A stretch of 50,465 nucleotides of DNA, from the sequence record NC_105618.1; one strand, given 5' to 3'. The notes beneath the pieces were generated by a model. That model had not been told where the DNA came from and ran no database searches. It saw nothing but the letters and a program-made list of their open reading frames with translations. Both the position numbers and the translations under genes were made by a program. This DNA comes from a phage. Of the stretch, positions 1 to 9,693 are shown piece by piece; position 1 is the first letter of the stretch, and every line of letters starts with the position of its first letter.

Positions 1-525
1 ATGAGTGAACCTAAGAACGCCCCCGTAGTCCAGGGAGGTAATTTCAAAGAGCTATACAAGAAAAAGTTCGGCACTGTTCTTGCTAAAAACCGGGCAATGA
101 CGCCTGAGCAACTATTCGATCTATCAGTTAAGTATTTCGAATGGGCTGAGGACAACGCAATCAAGGCGTCAGAATCAGCCAGCTTTCAGGGTGGCGTTTA
201 TGAATCGCTTGTTCATAAGCCGCGCGTCTTCACCTGGACCGGATACCGACTATTTATCGGTGCAAGCGAGGCTGCAATCATTAAGTGGAAGCGTGAGGAA
301 GAATACAGTGAGGTTATGGAGTTCGTGGAATCCGTAATCAACGAGCAAAAATTTCAGCTTGCCGCAAACGGCGTTATTAACGCCTCATTTATCGGCAAGG
401 ATCTCGGAATCGACAAGCCAGCCTCAATCAACATCGAAAACTCGGCAGCTTCAGCGTCGACCGCCGTCGCCACTACTGAGGACGCAATGAAAGAGGCTGT
501 AAACAGCATTCTTGATATGCTTTAA
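1..525 (+). CDS. putative terminase small subunit
   Basis: ORF directly upstream of terminase large subunit; RBS AGAGGA is formed across the window end/start junction; no diagnostic motif recognised. Confidence 0.45.
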   Translation: MSEPKNAPVVQGGNFKELYKKKFGTVLAKNRAMTPEQLFDLSVKYFEWAEDNAIKASESASFQGGVYESLVHKPRVFTWTGYRLFIGASEAAIIKWKREEEYSEVMEFVESVINEQKFQLAANGVINASFIGKDLGIDKPASINIENSAASASTAVATTEDAMKEAVNSILDML

Positions 526-531
526 CGTTAG

Positions 532-547
532 GGGCGCGCGAGCGCCC
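532..547 (+). other. GC-rich hairpin between first two genes
   Basis: GGGCGC-GCGA-GCGCCC stem-loop without T-run. Confidence 0.4.
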
Positions 548-549
548 AC

Positions 550-2133
550 ATGGGAGACTTAATCATGATTCAATGGGAAGATCTTAACGCAACGCAGAAG
601 TTAGCGATCAAGAAAATGAGCGAGGCTAATTTCGAAAAAATGATTCGGATCTGGTTCCAGCTTATGCAGGCGCAGCAGTTCCAGCCTAACTGGCATCACC
701 TTTACCTATGTCACGAAGTGGAGGAAATTATTGCAGGGAGACGAGGGAATACAATCTTTAACGTCACGCCAGGTTCCGGTAAAACTGAAGTGTTCTCAAT
801 TCACCTTCCGGTGTACGCAATGCTCAAGTGTAAAAAGGTGCGAAACCTTAACGTGTCGTTTGCTGACAGCCTGGTTAAGCGCAACAGTAAGCGCGTCCGT
901 GAGATTATCAGCAGCAACGAATTTCAAGAGCTATGGCCTTGCAAGTTCGGTACATCGAAAGATGAGGAGATGCAGGTTCTTAACGAAGATGGAAAGGTTT
1001 GGTTTGAGTTGATATCCGCAGCGGCTGGCGGTCGCATTACGGGTTCGCGTGGTGGCTACATGACGCCGGGATTCTCGGGTATGGTAATGCTCGACGATAT
1101 CGACAAGCCTGATGATATGTTCTCAAAGGTTAAGCGTGAGCGTACGCACATGCTATTGAAAAACACCATTCGATCCCGTCGTATGCATAACGAGACGCCT
1201 ATTATTGCAATTCAGCAACGACTACATGCCCAGGATTCAACATGGTTCATGATGAATGGCGGCATGGGTATTGAGTTTGATCAGATCTCAATTCCTGCAC
1301 TGGTGACGGAAGAATACGGAAAGACACTTCCTGATTGGTTGCAGCCTTACTTTGCTCGTGATGTTTTATCGTCTGAGTATGTAGAATTGGATGGCGTTAA
1401 GCATTACTCTTTTTGGCCCAGCAAGGAAAGTGTGCACGACCTGCTAGCTTTACGAGAAGCAGATCAGTATACCTTTGATTCCCAGTATCAGCAGAAGCCG
1501 ATCGCGCTGGGTGGCTCCGTGTTTAACTCAGAGTGGTGGACTTATTACGGCAGCAGCCTTGACGCTGACGAGCCAGATCCGGGTAAATATGATTACCGAT
1601 TCATCACTGCCGATACCGCTCAGAAGACAGGTGAGCTAAACGACTACACGGTATTTTGTTTGTGGGGCAAGAAGAATGATAAGGTTTACTTTATCGACGG
1701 CATTCGCGGTAAGTGGGAAGCGCCGGATATGGAGAAACAATTTACCGCCTTCGTGAATCAGGCATGGAGACACAATAAATCAATGGGCGTGCTTCGTAAA
1801 ATCTACGTGGAAGACAAAGCAAGCGGTACGGGCTTAATCCAGAATCTCAGGAAAAAGACTCCGATCTCTATCACTCCATTGCAGCGTAACAAGGATAAAG
1901 TTACCCGAGCGATGGATGCCCAGCCAGTTATTAAAGCCGGGCGCGTGGTTCTGCCAGAAGAGCACCCCATGCTTGCGGAAATTATCGCGGAACACAGCGC
2001 ATTCACTTACGATGACACTCACCCGCATGATGATATCGTCGATAACTTCATGGATGCGGCGAATATCGAATTACTGACAATTGACGATCCTATCGAGCGA
2101 ATGAAGCGACTCGCCGGGATGGTTAAGCGGTAA
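550..2133 (+). CDS. terminase large subunit
   Basis: Walker A-like VTPGSGKTE, Walker B-like MVMLDDIDK, acidic C-terminal nuclease-like region; start may be ATG 565 (GGGAGA RBS). Confidence 0.85.
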   Translation: MGDLIMIQWEDLNATQKLAIKKMSEANFEKMIRIWFQLMQAQQFQPNWHHLYLCHEVEEIIAGRRGNTIFNVTPGSGKTEVFSIHLPVYAMLKCKKVRNLNVSFADSLVKRNSKRVREIISSNEFQELWPCKFGTSKDEEMQVLNEDGKVWFELISAAAGGRITGSRGGYMTPGFSGMVMLDDIDKPDDMFSKVKRERTHMLLKNTIRSRRMHNETPIIAIQQRLHAQDSTWFMMNGGMGIEFDQISIPALVTEEYGKTLPDWLQPYFARDVLSSEYVELDGVKHYSFWPSKESVHDLLALREADQYTFDSQYQQKPIALGGSVFNSEWWTYYGSSLDADEPDPGKYDYRFITADTAQKTGELNDYTVFCLWGKKNDKVYFIDGIRGKWEAPDMEKQFTAFVNQAWRHNKSMGVLRKIYVEDKASGTGLIQNLRKKTPISITPLQRNKDKVTRAMDAQPVIKAGRVVLPEEHPMLAEIIAEHSAFTYDDTHPHDDIVDNFMDAANIELLTIDDPIERMKRLAGMVKR

Positions 2134-2187
2134 TAAATGAGATATAATCAGGGCTGTCAATTGACGGCCCTTTTTATTGGAGGAAAC

Positions 2188-3471
2188 ATGAAAATTGTTA
2201 AACATGATGGATATAACGATATTTTTAACGGCGGTGCAGATGGATCGCCTAAGCCATTCTTTATGTCTGATGCATCATATCACGTCGGTTCTTTCTACAA
2301 CGACAACGCAACCGCGAAGCGAATTGTGGATGTTATCCCGGAAGAGATGGTGACGGCTGGTTTTAAAATGTCAGGCGTTAAGGATGAAAAAGAGTTCAAG
2401 TCTTTATGGGATAGCTACAAACTTGATTCAAGTCTGGTTGATCTTCTTTGTTGGGCACGACTTTACGGTGGCGCGGCGATGGTGGCAATCATCAAAGACA
2501 ACCGGATGTTAACCAGTCAGGCAAAGCCTGGAGCTAAACTTGAGGGCGTCCGAGTTTACGATCGATTTGCTATCACTGTTGAAAAGCGAGTCACCAATGC
2601 AAGATCCCCTCGCTATGGTGAGCCTGAAATCTACAAGGTATCCCCTGGCGACAATATGCAGCCGTATCTGATTCATCACTCAAGAGTCTTTATTGCTGAT
2701 GGTGAACGAGTAACGCAACAGGCAAGAAAACAGAATCAAGGATGGGGAGCGTCGGTATTGAACAAGTCACTGATTGATGCAATCTGTGACTATGATTACT
2801 GTGAATCTCTGGCTACTCAGATCTTGCGACGTAAGCAACAGGCTGTATGGAAGGTCAAAGGTCTTGCCGAAATGTGTGATGATGATGATGCTCAGTATGC
2901 CGCGCGCCTGCGACTTGCTCAGGTTGATGATAACTCCGGCGTAGGCCGTGCGATCGGTATCGATGCTGAGACTGAGGAATATGACGTTCTCAACTCTGAT
3001 ATCAGCGGAGTTCCTGAGTTCTTATCAAGCAAGATGGACCGCATAGTCTCCCTGTCAGGGATTCATGAGATTATCATCAAGAATAAGAACGTAGGTGGCG
3101 TATCAGCGAGCCAAAACACAGCGCTTGAGACTTTCTATAAGCTAGTCGATCGCAAGCGAGAGGAAGATTACAGGCCGCTTCTTGAGTTCTTGTTGCCGTT
3201 CATTGTTGATGAGGAAGAGTGGTCGATCGAGTTTGAGCCTTTATCTGTTCCGAGTAAGAAAGAGGAATCAGAGATCACGAAGAATAACGTTGAGTCAGTC
3301 ACGAAGGCTATCACTGAGCAAATCATCGATCTGGAAGAAGCTCGCGACACGTTGCGATCTATTGCCCCTGAGTTCAAACTCAAGGATGGAAATAACATCA
3401 ACATTCGCGAACCTGAAGAAACAACCGAGCCGGAGCCGGGGTTAGGGGAGAAGTTAGAAGATGAAAATTAA
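2188..3471 (+). CDS. portal protein
   Basis: size and position after terminase; GGAGG RBS before in-frame ATG 2188 (track ORF begins 2137); acidic C-terminal tail. Confidence 0.75.
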   Translation: MKIVKHDGYNDIFNGGADGSPKPFFMSDASYHVGSFYNDNATAKRIVDVIPEEMVTAGFKMSGVKDEKEFKSLWDSYKLDSSLVDLLCWARLYGGAAMVAIIKDNRMLTSQAKPGAKLEGVRVYDRFAITVEKRVTNARSPRYGEPEIYKVSPGDNMQPYLIHHSRVFIADGERVTQQARKQNQGWGASVLNKSLIDAICDYDYCESLATQILRRKQQAVWKVKGLAEMCDDDDAQYAARLRLAQVDDNSGVGRAIGIDAETEEYDVLNSDISGVPEFLSSKMDRIVSLSGIHEIIIKNKNVGGVSASQNTALETFYKLVDRKREEDYRPLLEFLLPFIVDEEEWSIEFEPLSVPSKKEESEITKNNVESVTKAITEQIIDLEEARDTLRSIAPEFKLKDGNNINIREPEETTEPEPGLGEKLEDEN

Positions 3472-4222
3472 TGGCGTTGCAACACAGTGGCGCTATCCTG
3501 AAATGAGCGAGCGCGCAATGTCGCGCTCCCTACAGGATGTAGCAGCCAAGCTAACTGAAAAAATGCGTGACGAATTAAAGCCGATGAAATTTGATGCTAC
3601 CGACGAAGAGATAGATCAGGCAGAAAGGTCATTGCTTGATTACGTTGAATCGCTCATCGCGCCGATTATCGGTTCTCTATCATCCGTTGCGCTCACGATC
3701 TATAAATTCAACTCTAAGCAGTGGCTGCGTATCGCTCGCAATGCTGGAGGCAAGAAGAATCAAGCCGTAATGCTACTTGCCCTGATTGGTCCTACCGCTG
3801 CCGAAAGCTGGTACTCGGGTCAATACAATCTATGGAGATCGCAGGTAACTACCTCTATCAGAAAATTTGCCGCCAATATGGTTACTGACTTCACTGATAA
3901 ACTTCGTGCGGCATCCGGTCAGGGTAAAAGCAAGGATTTTGTTGTTGAACTTGCTAAGGAGCGATTTGGTGTTTACCGGAACTGGGCCAAAAATAGAGTG
4001 TCGGGAATTGTCGGAACATGGAACAGTAGACTGATGCGGCAGCGCATAAAAGACGCTGGCGTATCTTACTATTTCTGGCGCGGGGTGATGGATTTACGAG
4101 AACGTGAAAAACATGTAAGATGGGAAGGTAAGCGCATAGCGGTAGATTCCGATCACGTATTCCCGGGTGAAGAATACAACTGCCGCTGTTGGGCTGTTCC
4201 AGACTTTTCTACAGGAGATTAA
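3461..4222 (+). CDS. minor head / head morphogenesis protein (Mu F-like)
   Basis: C-terminal ...EEYNCRCWAV motif typical of Mu F / SPP1 gp7-like proteins; start overlaps portal stop. Confidence 0.65.
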   Translation: MKINGVATQWRYPEMSERAMSRSLQDVAAKLTEKMRDELKPMKFDATDEEIDQAERSLLDYVESLIAPIIGSLSSVALTIYKFNSKQWLRIARNAGGKKNQAVMLLALIGPTAAESWYSGQYNLWRSQVTTSIRKFAANMVTDFTDKLRAASGQGKSKDFVVELAKERFGVYRNWAKNRVSGIVGTWNSRLMRQRIKDAGVSYYFWRGVMDLREREKHVRWEGKRIAVDSDHVFPGEEYNCRCWAVPDFSTGD

Positions 4223-4224
4223 AA

Positions 4225-5337
4225 ATGAAGGCAAAGCAAAGATTCGATTCAGTAAAAATCAAGGCTCACTTTGATGATAACGGTTTTTTAGTTGACCGCC
4301 CAATCGTGGCGCGAATCGGCGCTCAGGTTTACAAAACGCCGCACGGCGATCGAGTTGAGTTCCGTCCGGCGTCCGAAGTTTTCAAGCAAGATTCCTTGCA
4401 AAGTTTTGCAGGCAAGCCGATCACAGTCGGTCACGTAACGGTGACACCCCAAAATGCTAAGGACGTTGTTGTCGGATCGTGTGCTGGCGCTGGTATTGCT
4501 TCAGGGGTTGGCGTTGAAGTTCCTTTGAGTATTTACAGCGACTACGCGATCAGCAAAGCTAAAGCGAAGGAGGCCGGGGAATTATCTGTAGGGTATACGT
4601 CGGTAGATATTGATAAGCCCGGCTGGGGTTCAAATGAGACTGGAGAATATATCTTCGAAGAGGATATGAAACAGGACGAAGCGCCGCCTGAAGGTTGGGT
4701 GAAATTCGACGCGGTACAAACTAATATCAAGGTCAACCATATTGCCCTAGTTTTTAAAGGTCGTGCGGGAATTGCTAAATTAAATCTTGATGCCGAACAG
4801 GAGTTCCCGTATGATAATAACGTTCAATTAACTAACGAGGACAAGCAAATGAAAAAAATTAAGATCGACTCAGTTGATGTGGAAGTAACCGAAGACGTTG
4901 CGAACCATATCGAAAAATTAACCGCGCAGATTGCCACCATTCAGGGGAAAGCTGATGGCTTCGAAGCTGAGCGCGATGCGCTGAAGGTTAAGGTTGACTC
5001 TCTGCCGGAACTTGTGAAGGCCGAGGTAGAGAAGCAAAAAGCCGATGCCGCCGCACGCGCAGAAGTTACCGCAGTAGCAGAAACCGCAGGCGTCAAACAT
5101 GATGGTCTTGATATCAAAGACGTCAAGATTGCCGTAGTTAAAGCCATGCTTGATAAAGATGTTAGTGAAAAATCAGACGCATATATCGACGCTATGTTTG
5201 ATGTTGCTAAAGATTCTGATATCATGGCTATTCAGCGTAAAGCAGTAAAAGGCGACTCTATCGAAGGCGGTAAGCCGGAAGAGAAAAACGACGCCGCGCC
5301 TGTTACGCCAAATTCACGTTTAAGTAAAGTAATGTAA
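4225..5337 (+). CDS. putative scaffolding / prohead protein
   Basis: AGGAGA RBS before in-frame ATG 4225; Ala/Glu/Lys-rich coiled-coil-like C-terminal half; lies between portal and capsid genes. Confidence 0.5.
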   Translation: MKAKQRFDSVKIKAHFDDNGFLVDRPIVARIGAQVYKTPHGDRVEFRPASEVFKQDSLQSFAGKPITVGHVTVTPQNAKDVVVGSCAGAGIASGVGVEVPLSIYSDYAISKAKAKEAGELSVGYTSVDIDKPGWGSNETGEYIFEEDMKQDEAPPEGWVKFDAVQTNIKVNHIALVFKGRAGIAKLNLDAEQEFPYDNNVQLTNEDKQMKKIKIDSVDVEVTEDVANHIEKLTAQIATIQGKADGFEAERDALKVKVDSLPELVKAEVEKQKADAAARAEVTAVAETAGVKHDGLDIKDVKIAVVKAMLDKDVSEKSDAYIDAMFDVAKDSDIMAIQRKAVKGDSIEGGKPEEKNDAAPVTPNSRLSKVM

Positions 5338-5348
5338 GGAGAAATATC

Positions 5349-5825
5349 ATGGCACAGATTAACGCATCTTATCAGCGCGATATGGCGATCGCTCTTCCGG
5401 GTATGGTTGCCGATACTTCCAAGTACAATATTGACGGCGCCTGTGTCGTTAATGAAGGCGATGTTTTTGTTGGCGCCGCCGTACAGGTTGTTCAAGCTCA
5501 GGCGGTTGATGGTCATAAGTTGGTTAAGGCTCTTACTACCGGAACCACTCCTTACGGCGTGGCGATCCGATCTCACTGGCAGACTGTTAACGCTCAAAAC
5601 CAGATGGTTTATGAAGACGGTGGCGCAATTAACGTGATGACTTCAGGCCGAGTATGGATGCTTTCCAAATCAGAAGAGGCGCCAACTTTCGGCTCTGCCG
5701 TTAAACTTGATGTTGATGGTCAAGAGAAATCTGATGGCACGATCGAAACAACATGGACCTACGCTGGCGGTTGGACTAAATACAAAGATGTTCAGCTTGT
5801 TGAGGTTCAGTTGCATCAACTGTAA
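5349..5825 (+). CDS. capsid-associated structural protein (decoration-like), paralog of 5886-6653
   Basis: AGGAGA RBS; shares YNIDGACV and GRVW..S..EAP motifs with next gene; followed by own terminator. Confidence 0.45.
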   Translation: MAQINASYQRDMAIALPGMVADTSKYNIDGACVVNEGDVFVGAAVQVVQAQAVDGHKLVKALTTGTTPYGVAIRSHWQTVNAQNQMVYEDGGAINVMTSGRVWMLSKSEEAPTFGSAVKLDVDGQEKSDGTIETTWTYAGGWTKYKDVQLVEVQLHQL

Positions 5826-5841
5826 TTAGCGTTTAATATGG

Positions 5842-5871
5842 GGACTATCCTTTTTGGATAGTCCTTTTTTT
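5842..5871 (+). terminator. intrinsic terminator
   Basis: GGACTATCC-TTTTT-GGATAGTCC then T7. Confidence 0.75.
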
Positions 5872-5885
5872 ATGGAGAAATCATT

Positions 5886-6653
5886 ATGGCTTACGAAAAT
5901 TTAATGTTGCGCCCGGCGTGCCCGGGAAATCTTTCTGATACTTCAGATTACAATATTGATGGTGCTTGCGTGGCTCAAGGTGACATTAAGTTCGGCTCGG
6001 CGGTTCAGGTTGTCGGTATCGTTGATGGTATAAAAGTTGTGGCGGCGCTTTCTGATGGTGGAACTCCTTACGGAATCGCTTTCCGTTCCCAATATGAACA
6101 CCTGAGCGGTAAAATCCTCGACGGTGAAGTGTGCAACGTCGTTTCTCACGGTCGCGTATGGACTCTTACTTCTCTTGGTGAGGCTCCCAGCTTGTTCTCA
6201 AAGTTACAGTTTGGGTCTGATGGAGTTGTTACTGGTGGATCTGGTTCCGCAGGTTGGACATTTGCGGGTGGCTTTGTTAAGCATGAAGATGGCTACATCA
6301 TTGAGGTTCAGGTGAAACAAAATTCTTTCATCGTTCCACCGCCTCCGCCCCCTGTCGTTCTTGTTGAATCCGCTGCAATCACCACTGACAAGGAAAGCCC
6401 TCAACCAAACAATGTTACGATCCAGTGTGTAGCTAATGTTCTTCCTGTAAATGCTGATGATAAAACTGGCAAGTGGTCAATCGACGCCATCAATATCGCC
6501 ACCATCGATCCGGACTCAGGCCTTGTGACTCCTGTTGGTGGGGAGACGGTCGGTGATTTCAATATCACATGGACTGCTAACGATGCCAGCAAGACGACAG
6601 CAACCATTGCTTATCGCGTAGAAGCAGTGCCAACTCCAGAGGTTGATGCATAA
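5886..6653 (+). CDS. capsid-associated structural protein with polyproline linker and Ig-like C-terminal domain
   Basis: N-terminal half paralogous to 5349-5825; PPPPPPP linker then beta-rich Ig-like region; own terminator. Confidence 0.45.
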   Translation: MAYENLMLRPACPGNLSDTSDYNIDGACVAQGDIKFGSAVQVVGIVDGIKVVAALSDGGTPYGIAFRSQYEHLSGKILDGEVCNVVSHGRVWTLTSLGEAPSLFSKLQFGSDGVVTGGSGSAGWTFAGGFVKHEDGYIIEVQVKQNSFIVPPPPPPVVLVESAAITTDKESPQPNNVTIQCVANVLPVNADDKTGKWSIDAINIATIDPDSGLVTPVGGETVGDFNITWTANDASKTTATIAYRVEAVPTPEVDA

Positions 6654-6674
6654 CATAAAAACACTTTGACGCTT

Positions 6675-6689
6675 TAACAAAAAGTGCTA
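6675..6689. promoter_or_regulatory. palindromic motif (operator-like) before major capsid gene
   Basis: TAACA-AAAAG-TGCTA. Confidence 0.4.
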
Positions 6690-6697
6690 TTATTGAA

Positions 6698-6724
6698 GCC
6701 GTGAACATAATCACGGCTTTTTTA
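6698..6724 (+). terminator. intrinsic terminator with -10-like loop
   Basis: GCCGTGA-ACATAA-TCACGGC then T-run. Confidence 0.7.
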
Positions 6725-6744
6725 TTAACTACGGAGAAGTAATC

Positions 6745-7704
6745 ATGACTACTAAAAAATTTGATGAAGCAGATAAAAGCAATGTTGAAATGTATCTGAT
6801 CCAGGCTGGCGTAAAACAGGATGCAGCCGCAACGATGGGTATCTGGACCGCTCAGGAACTACACCGCATCAAGAGCCAGTCCTATGAAGAAGACTACCCG
6901 GTCGGCTCCGCTCTACGAGTATTCCCGGTTACAACCGAACTCTCTCCGACCGACAAGACGTTTGAGTACATGACCTTTGATAAGGTTGGTACTGCTCAGA
7001 TTATCGCTGACTATACCGATGACCTGCCTCTGGTTGATGCACTTGGTACTTCTGAATTTGGTAAGGTGTTCCGTTTGGGTAACGCGTATCTGATCTCAAT
7101 CGACGAAATCAAAGCAGGTCAGGCAACTGGTCGCCCACTGTCAACCCGTAAGGCGAGCGCGTGCCAGTTGGCGCATGATCAGCTTGTTAACCGCCTGGTG
7201 TTCAAAGGTTCCGCGCCGCACAAGATCGTGTCCGTGTTCAACCATCCGAACATCACCAAAATTACCTCCGGTAAGTGGATGAATGTCTCAACTCCGAAGC
7301 CGGAAACGGCTGAAGCGGAATTGACTCAGGCGATTGAAACCATCGAGACGATTACTCGCGGTCAGCATCGTGCAACCAACATTCTGATCCCGCCGTCCAT
7401 GCGTAAGGTTCTGGCGATCCGTATGCCTGAAACTACCATGTCTTACCTGGACTATTTCAAGTCTCAGAATGCTGGTATCGAAATCGACTCTATCGCAGAG
7501 CTTGAAGATATCGACGGTGCGGGTACTAAAGGCGTACTGGTGTACGAAAAAAATCCGATGAATATGTCCATCGAGATCCCGGAAGCATTTAACATGCTGC
7601 CAGCGCAGCCGAAAGACCTTCACTTTAAAGTGCCTTGCACCTCCAAGTGTACTGGCCTTACAATTTATCGTCCGATGACTATTGTATTAATCACTGGCGT
7701 GTAA
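6745..7704 (+). CDS. major capsid protein
   Basis: about 320 aa, strong RBS, flanked by terminators, position after scaffold/decoration genes. Confidence 0.7.
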   Translation: MTTKKFDEADKSNVEMYLIQAGVKQDAAATMGIWTAQELHRIKSQSYEEDYPVGSALRVFPVTTELSPTDKTFEYMTFDKVGTAQIIADYTDDLPLVDALGTSEFGKVFRLGNAYLISIDEIKAGQATGRPLSTRKASACQLAHDQLVNRLVFKGSAPHKIVSVFNHPNITKITSGKWMNVSTPKPETAEAELTQAIETIETITRGQHRATNILIPPSMRKVLAIRMPETTMSYLDYFKSQNAGIEIDSIAELEDIDGAGTKGVLVYEKNPMNMSIEIPEAFNMLPAQPKDLHFKVPCTSKCTGLTIYRPMTIVLITGV

Positions 7705-7710
7705 TATTAT

Positions 7711-7739
7711 AGGGACTAACTTAGTTGGTCCCTTTTTTA
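7711..7739 (+). terminator. intrinsic terminator
   Basis: GGGACTAAC...TTGGTCCC then T6. Confidence 0.7.
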
Positions 7740-7753
7740 TTGGAGAAATCAAA

Positions 7754-8044
7754 ATGGCTAAAGAAAAAACTGTTGTTATCGTAAACGTTGGTGTAGCGCT
7801 TCAGATGTTCCGTCTTGAAGATGGCTCATTCGCAAAGGTTCTCCCGGATGAAGAGGTGACACTCCCAGCATCCGCACTTGAATTGCCCGGGCTGCGTTGC
7901 TTGATTGCTCGCGAAGAAATCGAAGTAAAAGACGACAGTGCCACCAACCGGGAAATCCGCGCAGAGATGGCTAAACTTAAAAAACCTGATCCGTGGGATA
8001 AGATGAGCGTAAAAGATCTTGAAGACGGCGGCGAATACTATTAA
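7754..8044 (+). CDS. hypothetical structural protein
   Basis: strong RBS GGAGA, own terminator downstream. Confidence 0.4.
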   Translation: MAKEKTVVIVNVGVALQMFRLEDGSFAKVLPDEEVTLPASALELPGLRCLIAREEIEVKDDSATNREIRAEMAKLKKPDPWDKMSVKDLEDGGEYY

Positions 8045-8049
8045 TCAAC

Positions 8050-8074
8050 AAGGCGCTTAATGCGCCTTTTTTTA
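8050..8074 (+). terminator. intrinsic terminator
   Basis: AGGCGC-TTAA-TGCGCCT then T-run. Confidence 0.7.
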
Positions 8075-8086
8075 TAGGTGGAAATT

Positions 8087-8500
8087 ATGGATCAAGAAAC
8101 ATTAAACAAAGTGGTCGAGCAAATGAGAAAGCTGGTTCCGGCACTTCGCAAGGTTCCAGACGAAACGCTTTATGCATGGGTAGAAATGGCTGAGCTATTT
8201 GTATGCCAGAAGACCTTTAAAGATGCATACGTCAAGGCGCTTGCTCTTTATGCATTGCACCTTGCTTTCCTTGATGGGGCGCTAAAAGGTGAAGATGAGG
8301 ATCTTGAATCGTACTCACGACGCGTTACGTCATTCTCCCTGAGCGGTGAATTTAGCCAGACTTTTGGAGAGGTGACGAAGAACCAGTCAGAGAACATGAT
8401 GCTTTCGACGCCGTGGGGTAAGATGTTCGAACAGCTTAAAGCGCGACGCCGTGGTCGATTCGCATTAATGACAGGACTCCGTGGAGGATGCCACCAATGA
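8087..8500 (+). CDS. putative head-tail connector protein
   Basis: position between capsid and tail genes; in-frame ATG 8087 after AGGTGGA (track starts at GTG 8078). Confidence 0.35.
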   Translation: MDQETLNKVVEQMRKLVPALRKVPDETLYAWVEMAELFVCQKTFKDAYVKALALYALHLAFLDGALKGEDEDLESYSRRVTSFSLSGEFSQTFGEVTKNQSENMMLSTPWGKMFEQLKARRRGRFALMTGLRGGCHQ

Positions 8501-8868
8501 ACTACTCACAGATCGAAAGGATTGCTCGCAAAGGCGTGGCTTTCTTCACCGATGCATCAAGACCTATGAACCTGATAAAGCAAGGTGAATACGGATATGA
8601 TGAAAACGGATTCGAGATCCCACCGATGGAACAGGTTATTCCAATATCCGGCGCGACGCGAAGACCGAACGCGCGTGAGATTGACGGGGAGACTATCCGC
8701 GCCTCAGACCTTTTGGGGATCTTCAATAACGACCATGAAATAAACGAAGGTGACTATATAGAGATTGACGGCGTTCGTCATGTTGTCGTTGATGCTCGCC
8801 CGGTTCAGGCGTCACTGAAACCAGTCGCCTATCGCCCAGTATTGCGGAGGGTATCAGTAGGTGGCTAA
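8497..8868 (+). CDS. putative head-tail joining protein
   Basis: position; GGAGGA RBS; overlaps upstream stop. Confidence 0.3.
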   Translation: MNYSQIERIARKGVAFFTDASRPMNLIKQGEYGYDENGFEIPPMEQVIPISGATRRPNAREIDGETIRASDLLGIFNNDHEINEGDYIEIDGVRHVVVDARPVQASLKPVAYRPVLRRVSVGG

Positions 8869-9304
8869 TTATCAGATTCGTAGATTTCAAGGTGAGATTG
8901 ATGCGTGGATTAAGGCCGCTGAAAGCACGTTAGAACATTCCATTGAGATATTTGTAAGGGATGTTCACGACGCGCTCGTTAGCCGTTCTCCCGTCGACAC
9001 GGGGCGCTTTAAGGGTAACTGGCAGATAACTTTTAACGAAATCCCTAACTACGCATTAAATCGATACGATAAAACTGGCGGCGTCGTCCGTAGTGAGGAG
9101 CAAGCCAAAACTTATGGCATGTTCAGCCGTGGGGGCGCGATAACATCCGTTCACTTCTCAAACATGTTGATTTATGCAAACTCTCTTGAGTACGGTCATT
9201 CACAACAAGCACCAAACGGCGTCGTCGGGCTGGTTGCATTGAGATTGCGATCGTATATGGCAGACGCAATAAAGCAAGCAAGGAGACAACAAAATGCACT
9301 ATGA
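8861..9304 (+). CDS. putative neck / tail completion protein
   Basis: position; GTG start overlapping upstream stop. Confidence 0.3.
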   Translation: MANYQIRRFQGEIDAWIKAAESTLEHSIEIFVRDVHDALVSRSPVDTGRFKGNWQITFNEIPNYALNRYDKTGGVVRSEEQAKTYGMFSRGGAITSVHFSNMLIYANSLEYGHSQQAPNGVVGLVALRLRSYMADAIKQARRQQNAL

Positions 9305-9692
9305 GTTATCAGCGGCGGCGCGAGCCGCCTTTCTGTCGAAGTATAGAGACTTTCCTCACTACATGGAAAACAGGAACTTTACACCACCGAAGGATGGCGG
9401 CATGTGGCTAAGGTTCAACTACATTGAAGGGGATACGCTTTATCTATCAATTGACAGAAAGTGTAAATCTTACATTGCAATAGTTCAGATCGGAGTTGTG
9501 TTCCCTCCTGGTTCCGGCGTTGATGAGGCAAGATTGAAAGCAAAAGAGATTGCTGATTTTTTCAAAGATGGTAAAATGCTTAACGTTGGTTATATTTTCG
9601 AAGGTGCAATCGTGCATCAAATTGTTAAACACGAAAGCGGATGGATGATTCCGGTTCGCTTTACAGTACGAGTAGATACAAAGGAGACTTAA
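9294..9692 (+). CDS. putative tail terminator / completion protein
   Basis: position; AGGAGA RBS. Confidence 0.3.
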   Translation: MHYELSAAARAAFLSKYRDFPHYMENRNFTPPKDGGMWLRFNYIEGDTLYLSIDRKCKSYIAIVQIGVVFPPGSGVDEARLKAKEIADFFKDGKMLNVGYIFEGAIVHQIVKHESGWMIPVRFTVRVDTKET

Positions 9693-9693
9693 T

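Noticed and set aside
731-1012. Nested and antisense track ORFs inside large genes (for example 731-1012, 1803-2028, 11146-11457, 12043-12447, 13615-13923, 18169-18393, 22067-22349, 28304-28564)
   Set aside because: Contained in or antisense to long ORFs with clear protein motifs; no independent RBS or conservation signal visible.
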